DNA from: a bacterium
GTDB taxonomy: Bacteria > Hinthialibacterota > Hinthialibacteria > Hinthialibacterales > Hinthialibacteraceae
Assembly: GCA_963662285.2 (NCBI GenBank)
Contig: CAXXMV010000002.1
Location: forward strand, 288,001 to 352,000
Direction: 5' to 3'
DNA: 64,000 nucleotides
Shown: piece by piece, positions 9,942-18,676 of the stretch
Layout of the letters: every line of letters begins with the position of its first letter
Numbering within the stretch: the first letter of the stretch is position 1
Notes under the pieces: model-generated
What the model was told of the DNA's origin: nothing
The model's database searches: none
Seen by the model: the letters and a program-made list of their open reading frames with translations, nothing else
Position numbers and translations under genes: made by a program

Positions 9942-10460
9942 TTATTGCTTGAATTCATTCTCTAGTACAGACATGATGATGATATCGTGATATTGGTTTT
10001 GTGAGAAAAAGGCTTCTCTTTTTCTTCCTTCCGTTTTGAAACCCATTTTTTCGTACATCTGACAGGCTTTTTCATTGAAGGAGAAAACTTCGAGGTATAT
10101 GCGGTGCAGGTTTAATTCGTGGAAGCCGTATTTCATAATGGTTAGGAAAGCGTCTTTGCCGTATCCTTTACCTTGTTGCGTCGGATCGAGATATAAGCCA
10201 ATTTCGGCCTGGCGGTTTTTATGGTCTAGGTGTTTGAGGATGGTGTATCCTGCTGGATTCTGATCTTCTGTTTCGATGATGAATACAATGGTTCCTGAGT
10301 CTCCGGAATAATTTTGATACCAACGCCGTTGACCCGCCTCAGAAACGGGGAGATCGGAGAAGTGAAATTTCATTAAATCGGGATGGTTGCGCCAACCGCG
10401 CAGTAATTCAATATCCTTATCTTCCAGCGCCCGTAAGGTGACAATTTTACCCTTTATCAT
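9942..10460 (-). CDS. RimJ/RimL-type GNAT acetyltransferase, PseH-like
   Basis: WRNHP, QQGKGYG, LNLHRIYLEVFSFN and GFKTEG motifs; downstream of a DegT gene. Confidence 0.8.
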   Translation of the reverse strand: MIKGKIVTLRALEDKDIELLRGWRNHPDLMKFHFSDLPVSEAGQRRWYQNYSGDSGTIVFIIETEDQNPAGYTILKHLDHKNRQAEIGLYLDPTQQGKGYGKDAFLTIMKYGFHELNLHRIYLEVFSFNEKACQMYEKMGFKTEGRKREAFFSQNQYHDIIIMSVLENEFKQ

Positions 10461-10528
10461 GAGAATATCCTTTGAAATTTCTTTTATAACCAGTGTTCTT
10501 TAGCACTGGTTTTATATTGGGTGGTTTG

Positions 10529-10568
10529 ATCAAGGGCTGACCGCATTGCGGTCTTGCCCTTGGCGCCC
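10529..10568 (-). repeat. REP-like palindromic element, copy 1
   Basis: Reverse complement is identical over 40 bp to 16119-16158; internal palindrome CAAGGGC-AA-GACCGCA-A-TGCGGTC-A-GCCCTTG. Confidence 0.85.
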
Positions 10569-10625
10569 ATTACCTTATGTTTTCTCTTAGTCTAGGTGGT
10601 GTTCAGCAGTATTGCTTGTAACTCA

Positions 10626-10659
10626 ACCCCCCTCTAACTCCCCCCATACTTGGGGGGAG
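10626..10659. repeat. C/G-run hairpin (REP-like or terminator)
   Basis: CCCCCCTCTAA leader, then perfect 9-bp stem CTCCCCCCA-TACT-TGGGGGGAG (10638-10659). Confidence 0.55.
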
Positions 10660-10674
10660 AATTTGTTCGTCTGT

Positions 10675-11847
10675 TTATATCGTTTCTCCAAAAGCAATGA
10701 CGGCATCTATTACCCGTTCGATCTCTTCTTCGGTCATATCGGGGTACATGGGAAGGCTTAGTATGCGTTTCCAGATTTCCTCCGCTATGGGGCATTGGGC
10801 GTCGAGCGAGGCGTAGTATGGGTGCATGTGCAGGGGATAGTAATGAACCCCCGGAGCGATGCCGCGACGTTTAAGGTGCGCGATGAGGCGGTCGCGTTCG
10901 GGCACTTTTAGATGATAAATATGCCATGACGACTGGACGTCTTCATGTTCGGGCGGCGTTTCGATCCATGATGGCGCGTCGAAAGCCTGGTTGTATTGTT
11001 CCATGATGGCGCGTCTTTTCTGGTTATTCTCATTGAGGCGTTTCAGTTGAACGATGCCCAGGGCCGCTGATATATCATGCATGTGATATTTGTAGCCCAA
11101 TTCATTGACCCAGTACTGCCAGGCGTACACTCTTTCCTTGGCTGAGCGGGTGAACGTGTCTTTGGAGATTCCCATCCAGCGCATTTCGCGTAGTTTTCTC
11201 GCCCAGGCGGAGTTGTTGGTGAATACGGCGCCTCCCTCTCCACAGGTGAGGTTTTTTACGGCGTGAAAAGAGAAGCAGGTTAACGGAGAGATGCCGCCGA
11301 TCAGTTTTTCTTTGTATTTGGCGCCGCAGGCGTGGGCGGCGTCTTCGATGATGGTGATTTGGCGGTCGCCGATCACTTCGCTCAAGCCGTCTAAATCGCA
11401 GGGGTGGCCGCTGTAATGAACTGGAATAATGGCGCGGGTGTTAGATGTGATTTTTCGTCTTACATCGTCAACATTGATGCAGAGGGTCTCTTCGTCGACA
11501 TCGGCGAAAACTACTTTGGCGTTGCAATAGTGAACTACATGAGCGGTTGAGATGAAGGTTATAGTCGGGATAATAACCTCATCATCCGGTTTAAGGTTCA
11601 ATAATTGCAAGGCCAGATGAAGGGCGGCGGTGCCGGAGTTAAGCGCTGATACGTGCTTGACGCCGAAATGCTTTGCCAGCGCGATCTCGAATTTCTCCGT
11701 CACCGGACCGAGTCCCAGCCAACCGGAGCGTAAGACTTCTGTAACGGCATTGATCTCTTCATCGGTTATAGAAGGACGGAAAACCGGGATTTGTGTTTTA
11801 GGCGTCTTTTTGGTAAGTTTTGGTTTTGAAACGGATTTTCGAGGCAT
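10675..11847 (-). CDS. DegT/DnrJ/EryC1/StrS PLP-dependent sugar aminotransferase
   Basis: NSGTAALHLAL, IEDAAHACG and FSFHAVKNLTCGEGG motifs. Confidence 0.93.
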   Translation of the reverse strand: MPRKSVSKPKLTKKTPKTQIPVFRPSITDEEINAVTEVLRSGWLGLGPVTEKFEIALAKHFGVKHVSALNSGTAALHLALQLLNLKPDDEVIIPTITFISTAHVVHYCNAKVVFADVDEETLCINVDDVRRKITSNTRAIIPVHYSGHPCDLDGLSEVIGDRQITIIEDAAHACGAKYKEKLIGGISPLTCFSFHAVKNLTCGEGGAVFTNNSAWARKLREMRWMGISKDTFTRSAKERVYAWQYWVNELGYKYHMHDISAALGIVQLKRLNENNQKRRAIMEQYNQAFDAPSWIETPPEHEDVQSSWHIYHLKVPERDRLIAHLKRRGIAPGVHYYPLHMHPYYASLDAQCPIAEEIWKRILSLPMYPDMTEEEIERVIDAVIAFGETI

Positions 11848-12066
11848 AAGTAACTCTCTTTTATTAAGATATCGATACTTCTTTACCTATTGTGATCGGT
11901 CAAAACAGAAATAGGTTGAGTTTAAAATAACATATTATTGGTATTCTGTATATATTCTTTTGATGGGGACGTTTATTTGTGAAATTCTTACTCTGCTGGT
12001 TTTGCAGAGCGAGAAAAATACCTACAATCATTTGAGTTACTTTCTATTGGGTGATGAAAAAAAACC

Positions 12067-12819
12067 ATGCAGCAAGAATATTACGCCGAATATTATGAGT
12101 ATGAGAATTATAACTGGTGGTTCGTCAGCCGCCGGAGGATTCTTAGCGCTCTATTGAAGAAATTTCTGCCTCTGACAGATAAAAACAGGTTGATTCTTGA
12201 CGCCGGATGCGGAACCGGGATCAATCTGGCTATGCTGGCTGAATTCGGCCGTGTCACAGGCGCTGATAGTTCAGAGGAAGCGATAAAGTTCTGCGCCATG
12301 CGCAACGAAAAAGAGGTTCGTCTGGCGCAATTGCAAGAATTGCCTTTTGACAGCGGCTCTTTCGATCTGGTCACGGCGCTGGATGTCTTGGAGCATATTG
12401 AAGACGACGATAAAGCCGTTTCGGAATTGGCGCGGGTTTGTAAGAGCGGGGGTAATGTTTTAATTACGGTTCCTGTCTTTCCCTGGTTGTGGTGCGAGCA
12501 TGATGAGATCAACCACCATGTCCGGCGCTATGAGCCGAAACGCATTCATGCGCTTTTAGAGCAGAATAATTTAAGCGTTGTGCACCGTTCATACATGAAT
12601 TCCTTCCTTTTGCCGATAGCCTTGATTTGGCGTTGGCGCAAGCAGTTGATGCGCCTTTTTTCCAGCGATCCAGATATCGCGAGAGCAGATAATATGCATC
12701 ATAATCCCTGGATTAATGCGCTGCTAACCGCAATTTTTACCTGTGAGAAACCATTCGTAAAAAGCGTTGGATTGCCAATCGGCTTATCCCTGGTGATTCT
12801 GGCGCGAAAAGAGACGTAA
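12067..12819 (+). CDS. Class I SAM-dependent methyltransferase
   Basis: LDAGCGTG, LPF..SFDLV..DVLEH and HVRRY motifs. Confidence 0.88.
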   Translation: MQQEYYAEYYEYENYNWWFVSRRRILSALLKKFLPLTDKNRLILDAGCGTGINLAMLAEFGRVTGADSSEEAIKFCAMRNEKEVRLAQLQELPFDSGSFDLVTALDVLEHIEDDDKAVSELARVCKSGGNVLITVPVFPWLWCEHDEINHHVRRYEPKRIHALLEQNNLSVVHRSYMNSFLLPIALIWRWRKQLMRLFSSDPDIARADNMHHNPWINALLTAIFTCEKPFVKSVGLPIGLSLVILARKET

Positions 12820-12888
12820 TTTTTCGTAACTGTATTTCCTTCCACACGTTTTACTATCAATACAAATATATTTTCCCAGGATTGGATT

Positions 12889-13758
12889 ATGAAAAAAGCC
12901 TGTTGTCTTTTGATAATTCTTTTACTGCCTGTTGCGCTATTGAATAGTGATTCCTCTACTACTCCATCAGAAAATCAACGTCCAAGTGATTGCGTGATCG
13001 CCGGTTATAAAGGGCCGGTGCGATTGGTGAAATGGTGGATTCAGGAACTGTATGGAAATAGAGGCGTCAACGCTTGGTCAGATAAAACCCTGTGGAAAAA
13101 GGAACATTATGATAATCGCGGCAACCTGGTTTTAAGAGAGCAATTTAATGATGGCGTGCTAACTTCATCTAACAGTTTTGAAACGAATAGCCAAGGAAAG
13201 ATGTCTATCACTAAATATTTTGATATGACTGGTAAGACAGGCGAGAAATCGCGGTTTTTTAGACAATATAACCATCAAGGGAAAATCATTGATGAAAAAA
13301 GCGTCTCTTCAGATGGAGACTTGCTGAGAACATGGGTCTTTAAATGGGATGGTGATGAGAAGAAAGATACGGTCTCGGTGTATGATGCGGATGGATCATT
13401 AACCGGTGTTGCAGAATGGTTTTATGATGATCTGTTTCGAGTGATAAAGAAGATAGATCCCAAAATAATGGAAGTTCTTTTTGAATATGATGAGCAATGG
13501 AGAATTAAGCGGAAAGAAAAAATCGATTATCTTAATAAAGAGAAGTTAGTGATGATTTTTGAGGATGGCCGACAAGTGAAAGACGAATTTTTTCCCCTTG
13601 ATGGAGAATTAAAAATGTTATGTGTTTATAAGCATGAATTCGATGATCAGGGGAATTGGATCAAACAAATCCAAATAATTCAACCGCTGGCTGGAGATGA
13701 TTGGCCGAAACAAGAGTGTAAGAAAATCTACCGGGAAATTAGTTATTATCAAGATTAA
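12889..13758 (+). CDS. Secreted hypothetical protein with YD/RHS-like beta repeats
   Basis: Signal peptide; YKGPVR and repeated YDxxG(N) motifs; FDDQGNWIK. Confidence 0.6.
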   Translation: MKKACCLLIILLLPVALLNSDSSTTPSENQRPSDCVIAGYKGPVRLVKWWIQELYGNRGVNAWSDKTLWKKEHYDNRGNLVLREQFNDGVLTSSNSFETNSQGKMSITKYFDMTGKTGEKSRFFRQYNHQGKIIDEKSVSSDGDLLRTWVFKWDGDEKKDTVSVYDADGSLTGVAEWFYDDLFRVIKKIDPKIMEVLFEYDEQWRIKRKEKIDYLNKEKLVMIFEDGRQVKDEFFPLDGELKMLCVYKHEFDDQGNWIKQIQIIQPLAGDDWPKQECKKIYREISYYQD

Positions 13759-14045
13759 TAAAACGGGGGAATTCAATAGAAATCTGAACTTCCCTGGTAT
13801 TTTCGACTCCTGCATTAGTATGATTTGCGTATTCCACAGGAATATTTTAAAAACCCCTCTAAAAAAATATATTCTTGCCTAAAATATTATCTCTATAGAA
13901 GATGCCTTTTATAAAATTTAGGTATAATACGGTATGTAACTTCATATTTGTTAAATTTTAATAAAGTTTATGATTTAGATTAAGCATTTTCAATGCGGGA
14001 AATCTTTGATTAAAAGATATAACATGAAATAGAGTAATAACTGAA

Positions 14046-14432
14046 ATGATAAAAATTCCTAAACAAATTCACCTTTTGACTAATGCCATAACCAAGAATT
14101 ATCAATTATTGTATTTCCAATCATCCGGCGGTAATCCTACGCCGATGATAATTGCCTTCAGTTCCGAAGAGAAAGCGAAGCTGTGGATTGCCCAATTTGA
14201 AATGGAATTTGACACGCTACATATAAGAACAGTTTTCGCAATATTTCTGATTCAAAAAATGACGGACATAAATTTCATGATTCTTGATCCGAAACCAGGA
14301 CAGGTGGAATTCACCGCAACCCAGGTTATATCTCTATCACGAGCGAAGAAAAAGGAAAATACCTATCAATTCGCTAATTTTTCCCCATTGGGATGGACGT
14401 TGACTTATTCAGAAGATAAAAGCGATTCTTGA
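14046..14432 (+). CDS. Hypothetical protein (weak SseB-N-like pattern)
   Basis: 128-aa ORF in an AT-rich gap; IIAFSSEEKA...ILDP pattern. Confidence 0.45.
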   Translation: MIKIPKQIHLLTNAITKNYQLLYFQSSGGNPTPMIIAFSSEEKAKLWIAQFEMEFDTLHIRTVFAIFLIQKMTDINFMILDPKPGQVEFTATQVISLSRAKKKENTYQFANFSPLGWTLTYSEDKSDS

Positions 14433-14575
14433 AACCCTCTCATAGATCATGATAATATAAACAGACACTGCAAATTTGTGAAATTTGTTTTGCCCTTTGC
14501 CCTGCCAGGATTGTTCCTCATGCCTCATTTGTGGTAAAGTATGTCATACTTAAACCACATGGGAGCAAAGGGCTT

Positions 14576-16108
14576 ATGGCTTATTTAATAGGTATTGATG
14601 TTGGAACTTCCGGAACGAAAACCGTTCTTTTCGATGAAGCTGGTAAAGCGATCGCCAGCGCTACGGTTGAGTATCCCCTGCTTACCCCCAATCCAGGCTG
14701 GACTGAACAGAATCCTGAGGACTGGTGGAATGCCACGGTAGATACGATCAAAGATGTTTTAGGCCAGAGCCAGGTTGACGCCACGGACATCAAAGGCATC
14801 GGGTTATCCGGCCAAATGCATGGCTCGGTTTTCATGGACGAGAACAACCAGGTTATCCGTCCGGCGATACTATGGAACGACAGTCGCACGGCCGATGCTT
14901 GCGACGAAATCACTCAAACAATCGGCGCCGATAAACTGATTGAATTGGCTTCCAACCCGGCATTAACCGGATTTACCGCCCCCAAAGCGGTCTGGATGAA
15001 AAACAACGAACCCGATAATTTCAAGCGCACCCGCACCCTGTTTCTACCCAAAGATTACGTCCGCTTCCGCCTGACTGGCGAAATCGCTATGGAAGTATCT
15101 GACGGCGCGGGAACCCTGCTTTGCAACGTCAAAAACCGCAACTGGTCTAATGAAATCCTTGACGGACTTGGCATTCCCCGCGAATGGATGCCTAAACTGT
15201 ACGAATCAACCGATGTCTGCGGAACCATAACTGGAGAGATAGCAGCCCTGACCGGACTGAAAGAGGGAACCCCGGTAGTGGGCGGCGGCGCTGATAACGC
15301 TTGCGGCGCTACCGGAACCGGCGTGGTGGTTGAAGGCCGGGTGCTCTCTTCTTTGGGAACCAGCGGCGTTATTCTGGCGCCTTCCAGCAGACCCGATACC
15401 GATCCACAGGGACGCGCTCATACCTTCTGTCATTCAGTCGCCAACATGTGGTACTTGATGGGAGTCGTGTTGTCAGCAGGCATGTCTTTACGCTGGTATC
15501 GAGACGTCATCGCCGACAGCGAACGCGCTCAAGGTCAAAAAGAAGGACGCGACCCTTATGATGTACTGACTGCTCTGGCCAACGAAGCGCCAGTAGGCAG
15601 CGAAGGCTTAATATTCCTGCCCTACCTCACCGGAGAGCGCACTCCATTGAAAGACCCATACGCCCGCGGCGGCTTCGTCGGTTTGACCATACGCCATCAG
15701 CGCAGTCACCTGATCCGCTCTGTACTGGAAGGCATCACCTTCGCTATGCGCGATTCAATTGAAATTTTCCGCTCGCTGGGCGTAGAGATCAAAGAGATTC
15801 GCGCTACTGGTGGAGGCGCCAAGAGTCCATTCTGGAAACAGTTGCAGGCTGATATCTACGGCTGCGAAATCGCCACAATCGGTTCTGATCAGGGCCCGGC
15901 ATTCGGCGCGGCGATTATGGCTGGCGTCGGTTCCGGCGTGTACAACTCCATTCCAGAGGCCTGCGACGCTATCATTGAGGTAGTGGAACGCACCGAACCA
16001 AATGCAGCCAGAGCCAAAGAATACGATGATTACTATGAGGTTTATCATTCTCTCTATCCCGGAATCAAAGATGCATGTCACACTCTATCAAAGAAAGTGG
16101 CGTCGTAA
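14576..16108 (+). CDS. xylB: Xylulokinase (FGGY family)
   Basis: GIDVGTSGTK, GLSGQMHG, ILWND, GGGADN, PYLTGERTP and TGGGAKS motifs. Confidence 0.93.
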   Translation: MAYLIGIDVGTSGTKTVLFDEAGKAIASATVEYPLLTPNPGWTEQNPEDWWNATVDTIKDVLGQSQVDATDIKGIGLSGQMHGSVFMDENNQVIRPAILWNDSRTADACDEITQTIGADKLIELASNPALTGFTAPKAVWMKNNEPDNFKRTRTLFLPKDYVRFRLTGEIAMEVSDGAGTLLCNVKNRNWSNEILDGLGIPREWMPKLYESTDVCGTITGEIAALTGLKEGTPVVGGGADNACGATGTGVVVEGRVLSSLGTSGVILAPSSRPDTDPQGRAHTFCHSVANMWYLMGVVLSAGMSLRWYRDVIADSERAQGQKEGRDPYDVLTALANEAPVGSEGLIFLPYLTGERTPLKDPYARGGFVGLTIRHQRSHLIRSVLEGITFAMRDSIEIFRSLGVEIKEIRATGGGAKSPFWKQLQADIYGCEIATIGSDQGPAFGAAIMAGVGSGVYNSIPEACDAIIEVVERTEPNAARAKEYDDYYEVYHSLYPGIKDACHTLSKKVAS

Positions 16109-16118
16109 GGCCTTTGAC

Positions 16119-16158
16119 GGGCGCCAAGGGCAAGACCGCAATGCGGTCAGCCCTTGAT
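16119..16158 (+). repeat. REP-like palindromic element, copy 2
   Basis: 40-bp identity with the reverse complement of 10529-10568; starts 11 bp after the xylB stop. Confidence 0.85.
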
Positions 16159-16237
16159 TAAACTACTTAATATAACCGGATAGAGAACTTGTTATATTTA
16201 CAATTTGATTTAAAAATAAAATTAAAACAAAATTTTT

Positions 16238-17404
16238 ATGGACGCACTTTTTAATATTCTATTTTGGGGATGCTTCGGCATCCTCATTTATATTTATGCG
16301 GGATACATCCTGGCCCTGCTTGTGCTGGTACGCATCCGTCCGGTGCGGCATGAGGTGGATGAATCATACATGCCTATGGTCTCCATCATTTTCTCAGCCA
16401 GAAATGAACACGATTCACTCCCCGCAAAAATGGATAGCATCCGCCAGCTGAATTATCCCAAAGATAAATTGCAGGTGCTAATCGCCTCAGACGCCTCCAC
16501 CGATGGAACCAACCAATACCTCGCCGTGCAGGATGATATTCATTACGTTGAAATGCAGGAGCATGGCGGAAAAAACGCGGCCTTGAACATCCTCATGCCC
16601 CAAGCCAAGGGCGATGTGCTCTTCTTCACCGACGCCAATACCATCTTTCACCCGGATTGCATTAAAAACGCAGCGCGTCATTTCAGCGATCCCAAAACCG
16701 GAGCTGTAGTCGGCGAGTTGACCTTCACCCAAGGCGAAGACTGGAACGCGGTGGGAAGCGGAGCAGGGTTGTATTGGAAATATGAGAATATAATCAAACG
16801 CTGTGAAAGCCAATTAGGTTCATTGCTGGTAGGCGGCGGCGCCCTGTTGGCCGCCCGTAGCGACCTGGTAAACCAGTTAGACCCCCGCATCGCCAATGAT
16901 CTGGAAATCCCCACCCGCGCAGGCGCCCAGGGATTCAATGTTCTCTATGAACCAGACTGCCTGGGATACGAAAAAGCCCATACCAGCATTTTCGATGAAA
17001 TCGGTCGCACATCCCGCATTGTGGCGCGTGGATTAAGGGGATTCGTCGTCCTGCTGCCCGTGCTGCTGGCGGCGCCCATGCGCTTGTGGCAATTCATCTC
17101 GCATAAGTTTCTGCGCTGGTTCACCCTGGCCTTCGCAGTAGGGACGCTGATCGGCGCATGGGGATTGCGCAGCCAGACCTTTCCAGCAGTGGTGTTCTAC
17201 CTGGGGATTATAATATTACTATCATCTATAGCAGGATTATTGGTTTTACTATTAGCGCCGTCATCGCGCAAGATGAGGCCATTCACCCTACTAGCTCACA
17301 TGCTGATAATGCACCTCGCAGCTCTATGGGGAATCTGCAAAACCATCCTGGGACGCACCCCGGCCACCTGGAGCATCCCCGAATCAACCCGCAAGAATTC
17401 TTGA
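16238..17404 (+). CDS. GT2 family membrane glycosyltransferase
   Basis: ARNE, SDASTDGT, GGKNAALN and FTDAN motifs; N- and C-terminal TM helices. Confidence 0.88.
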   Translation: MDALFNILFWGCFGILIYIYAGYILALLVLVRIRPVRHEVDESYMPMVSIIFSARNEHDSLPAKMDSIRQLNYPKDKLQVLIASDASTDGTNQYLAVQDDIHYVEMQEHGGKNAALNILMPQAKGDVLFFTDANTIFHPDCIKNAARHFSDPKTGAVVGELTFTQGEDWNAVGSGAGLYWKYENIIKRCESQLGSLLVGGGALLAARSDLVNQLDPRIANDLEIPTRAGAQGFNVLYEPDCLGYEKAHTSIFDEIGRTSRIVARGLRGFVVLLPVLLAAPMRLWQFISHKFLRWFTLAFAVGTLIGAWGLRSQTFPAVVFYLGIIILLSSIAGLLVLLLAPSSRKMRPFTLLAHMLIMHLAALWGICKTILGRTPATWSIPESTRKNS

Positions 17405-17430
17405 GTGGATTGTTCAGCATATCCTTCATA

Positions 17431-17886
17431 CTACCCAATTGATGTTTTAATTTTACAAATGCTTCCACGCTCATTTTTTTTCTTCTTTTTCAATTTTTTC
17501 TTACGCTTCTTGCTTTCCCGGTACTCATCGTATTCTTCGGGAGATTCGATTTCTATATATTCTTTTTCCCAATCACTAAATTCAGAATGATAATCGCAGT
17601 TCTCAGTTGAATAGTCGCGGCATGTTTTTGGTCGTTTTTCATAGATGCCGCACCGGTTTTCAGGACTCAATTCACGGCACGGGGTGGGCGCTTTTATCAT
17701 ATAACGGTCTTTTTCTATCAAAAGCGTGATGCCTTTGTGGAGCAGATACCAGCGAATATCATCATGCTGCCGTTTACCGCTTGGTTTATCGATTTCTATA
17801 GTAATATAATGACAGCAGATCGCCGGACATTTATCACAAATACTTTCACACCCAGAACTCATATTCATCTCCTGCGTAGTTTGCAT
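17431..17886 (-). CDS. YkgJ family (CxxCxxCC) cysteine-cluster protein
   Basis: CDKCPAICC and C...CGIYEKRPKTCRDY; Lys-rich tail. Confidence 0.85.
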   Translation of the reverse strand: MQTTQEMNMSSGCESICDKCPAICCHYITIEIDKPSGKRQHDDIRWYLLHKGITLLIEKDRYMIKAPTPCRELSPENRCGIYEKRPKTCRDYSTENCDYHSEFSDWEKEYIEIESPEEYDEYRESKKRKKKLKKKKKNERGSICKIKTSIG

Positions 17887-18123
17887 TTATCTTCAACCAA
17901 CCTTCTAGTAAATTGAAATCCATTTTAATATTAAAAGAGTCAGAAAGAGTCAGAATTTCTAGACGATAATGATTGAGTTAATCTGTACCGGATAATCAGG
18001 ATAATATTATTTTTACATAAATGCGCCTCTTGCATGAGGTCTGCATATAAAACTAAACAAATATTTACGTCATGCTAGTAATCACTAAATAATATCCGAT
18101 ATAATTTATAGGAGATCAAAAAG

Positions 18124-18534
18124 TTGAATACAACCAGAAAAACCATCTATTTATGCGGTCCAATAATGGGCGAAGTACAGGGTGAGGCCAGCCAGTGGCG
18201 TGAAAAAGCCAAACAGATGTTGAATCAGCAATTCGATCTGCTCGATCCCATGCGCAGGGATTTCAAAGACAACGAAGTTGACAGCGCTAATGAAATTGTA
18301 GAATTCGACCTGCAGGACATACGTGATTCAGACATAATCCTGGTCAATTATTGCAAGCCCAGCATTGGTACGGCGATGGAAGTATTCTACGCCGCACATG
18401 ATCAAAGAAAATTTGTAGTAGGTTTTTCTCAATTTAAGTTTGCGGATTGCAACCCCTGGATGGTAAAATTCTGCACCAAGATTCTTCCGTCATTAGAAGA
18501 ATCCGTTGAATATATCAAACGGCATTTCGAGTAG
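18124..18534 (+). CDS. Nucleoside 2-deoxyribosyltransferase-like protein (TTG start)
   Basis: IYLCGPI, LDP, DLQDIRDSDIILV and SIGTAMEV motifs; SD AGGAG. Confidence 0.75.
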   Translation: MNTTRKTIYLCGPIMGEVQGEASQWREKAKQMLNQQFDLLDPMRRDFKDNEVDSANEIVEFDLQDIRDSDIILVNYCKPSIGTAMEVFYAAHDQRKFVVGFSQFKFADCNPWMVKFCTKILPSLEESVEYIKRHFE

Positions 18535-18676
18535 GTATTCATCAATGAAATCGGTGCAATATTTCCCGAAATGCAATAATCTATAACTTTTTTCGCCCTA
18601 TTAAGCAATTTTTGGAGCATCTTTACCGTATAAGTTATTATGGAGCGATTCTAACAATATTATAAATTCTTAATAT

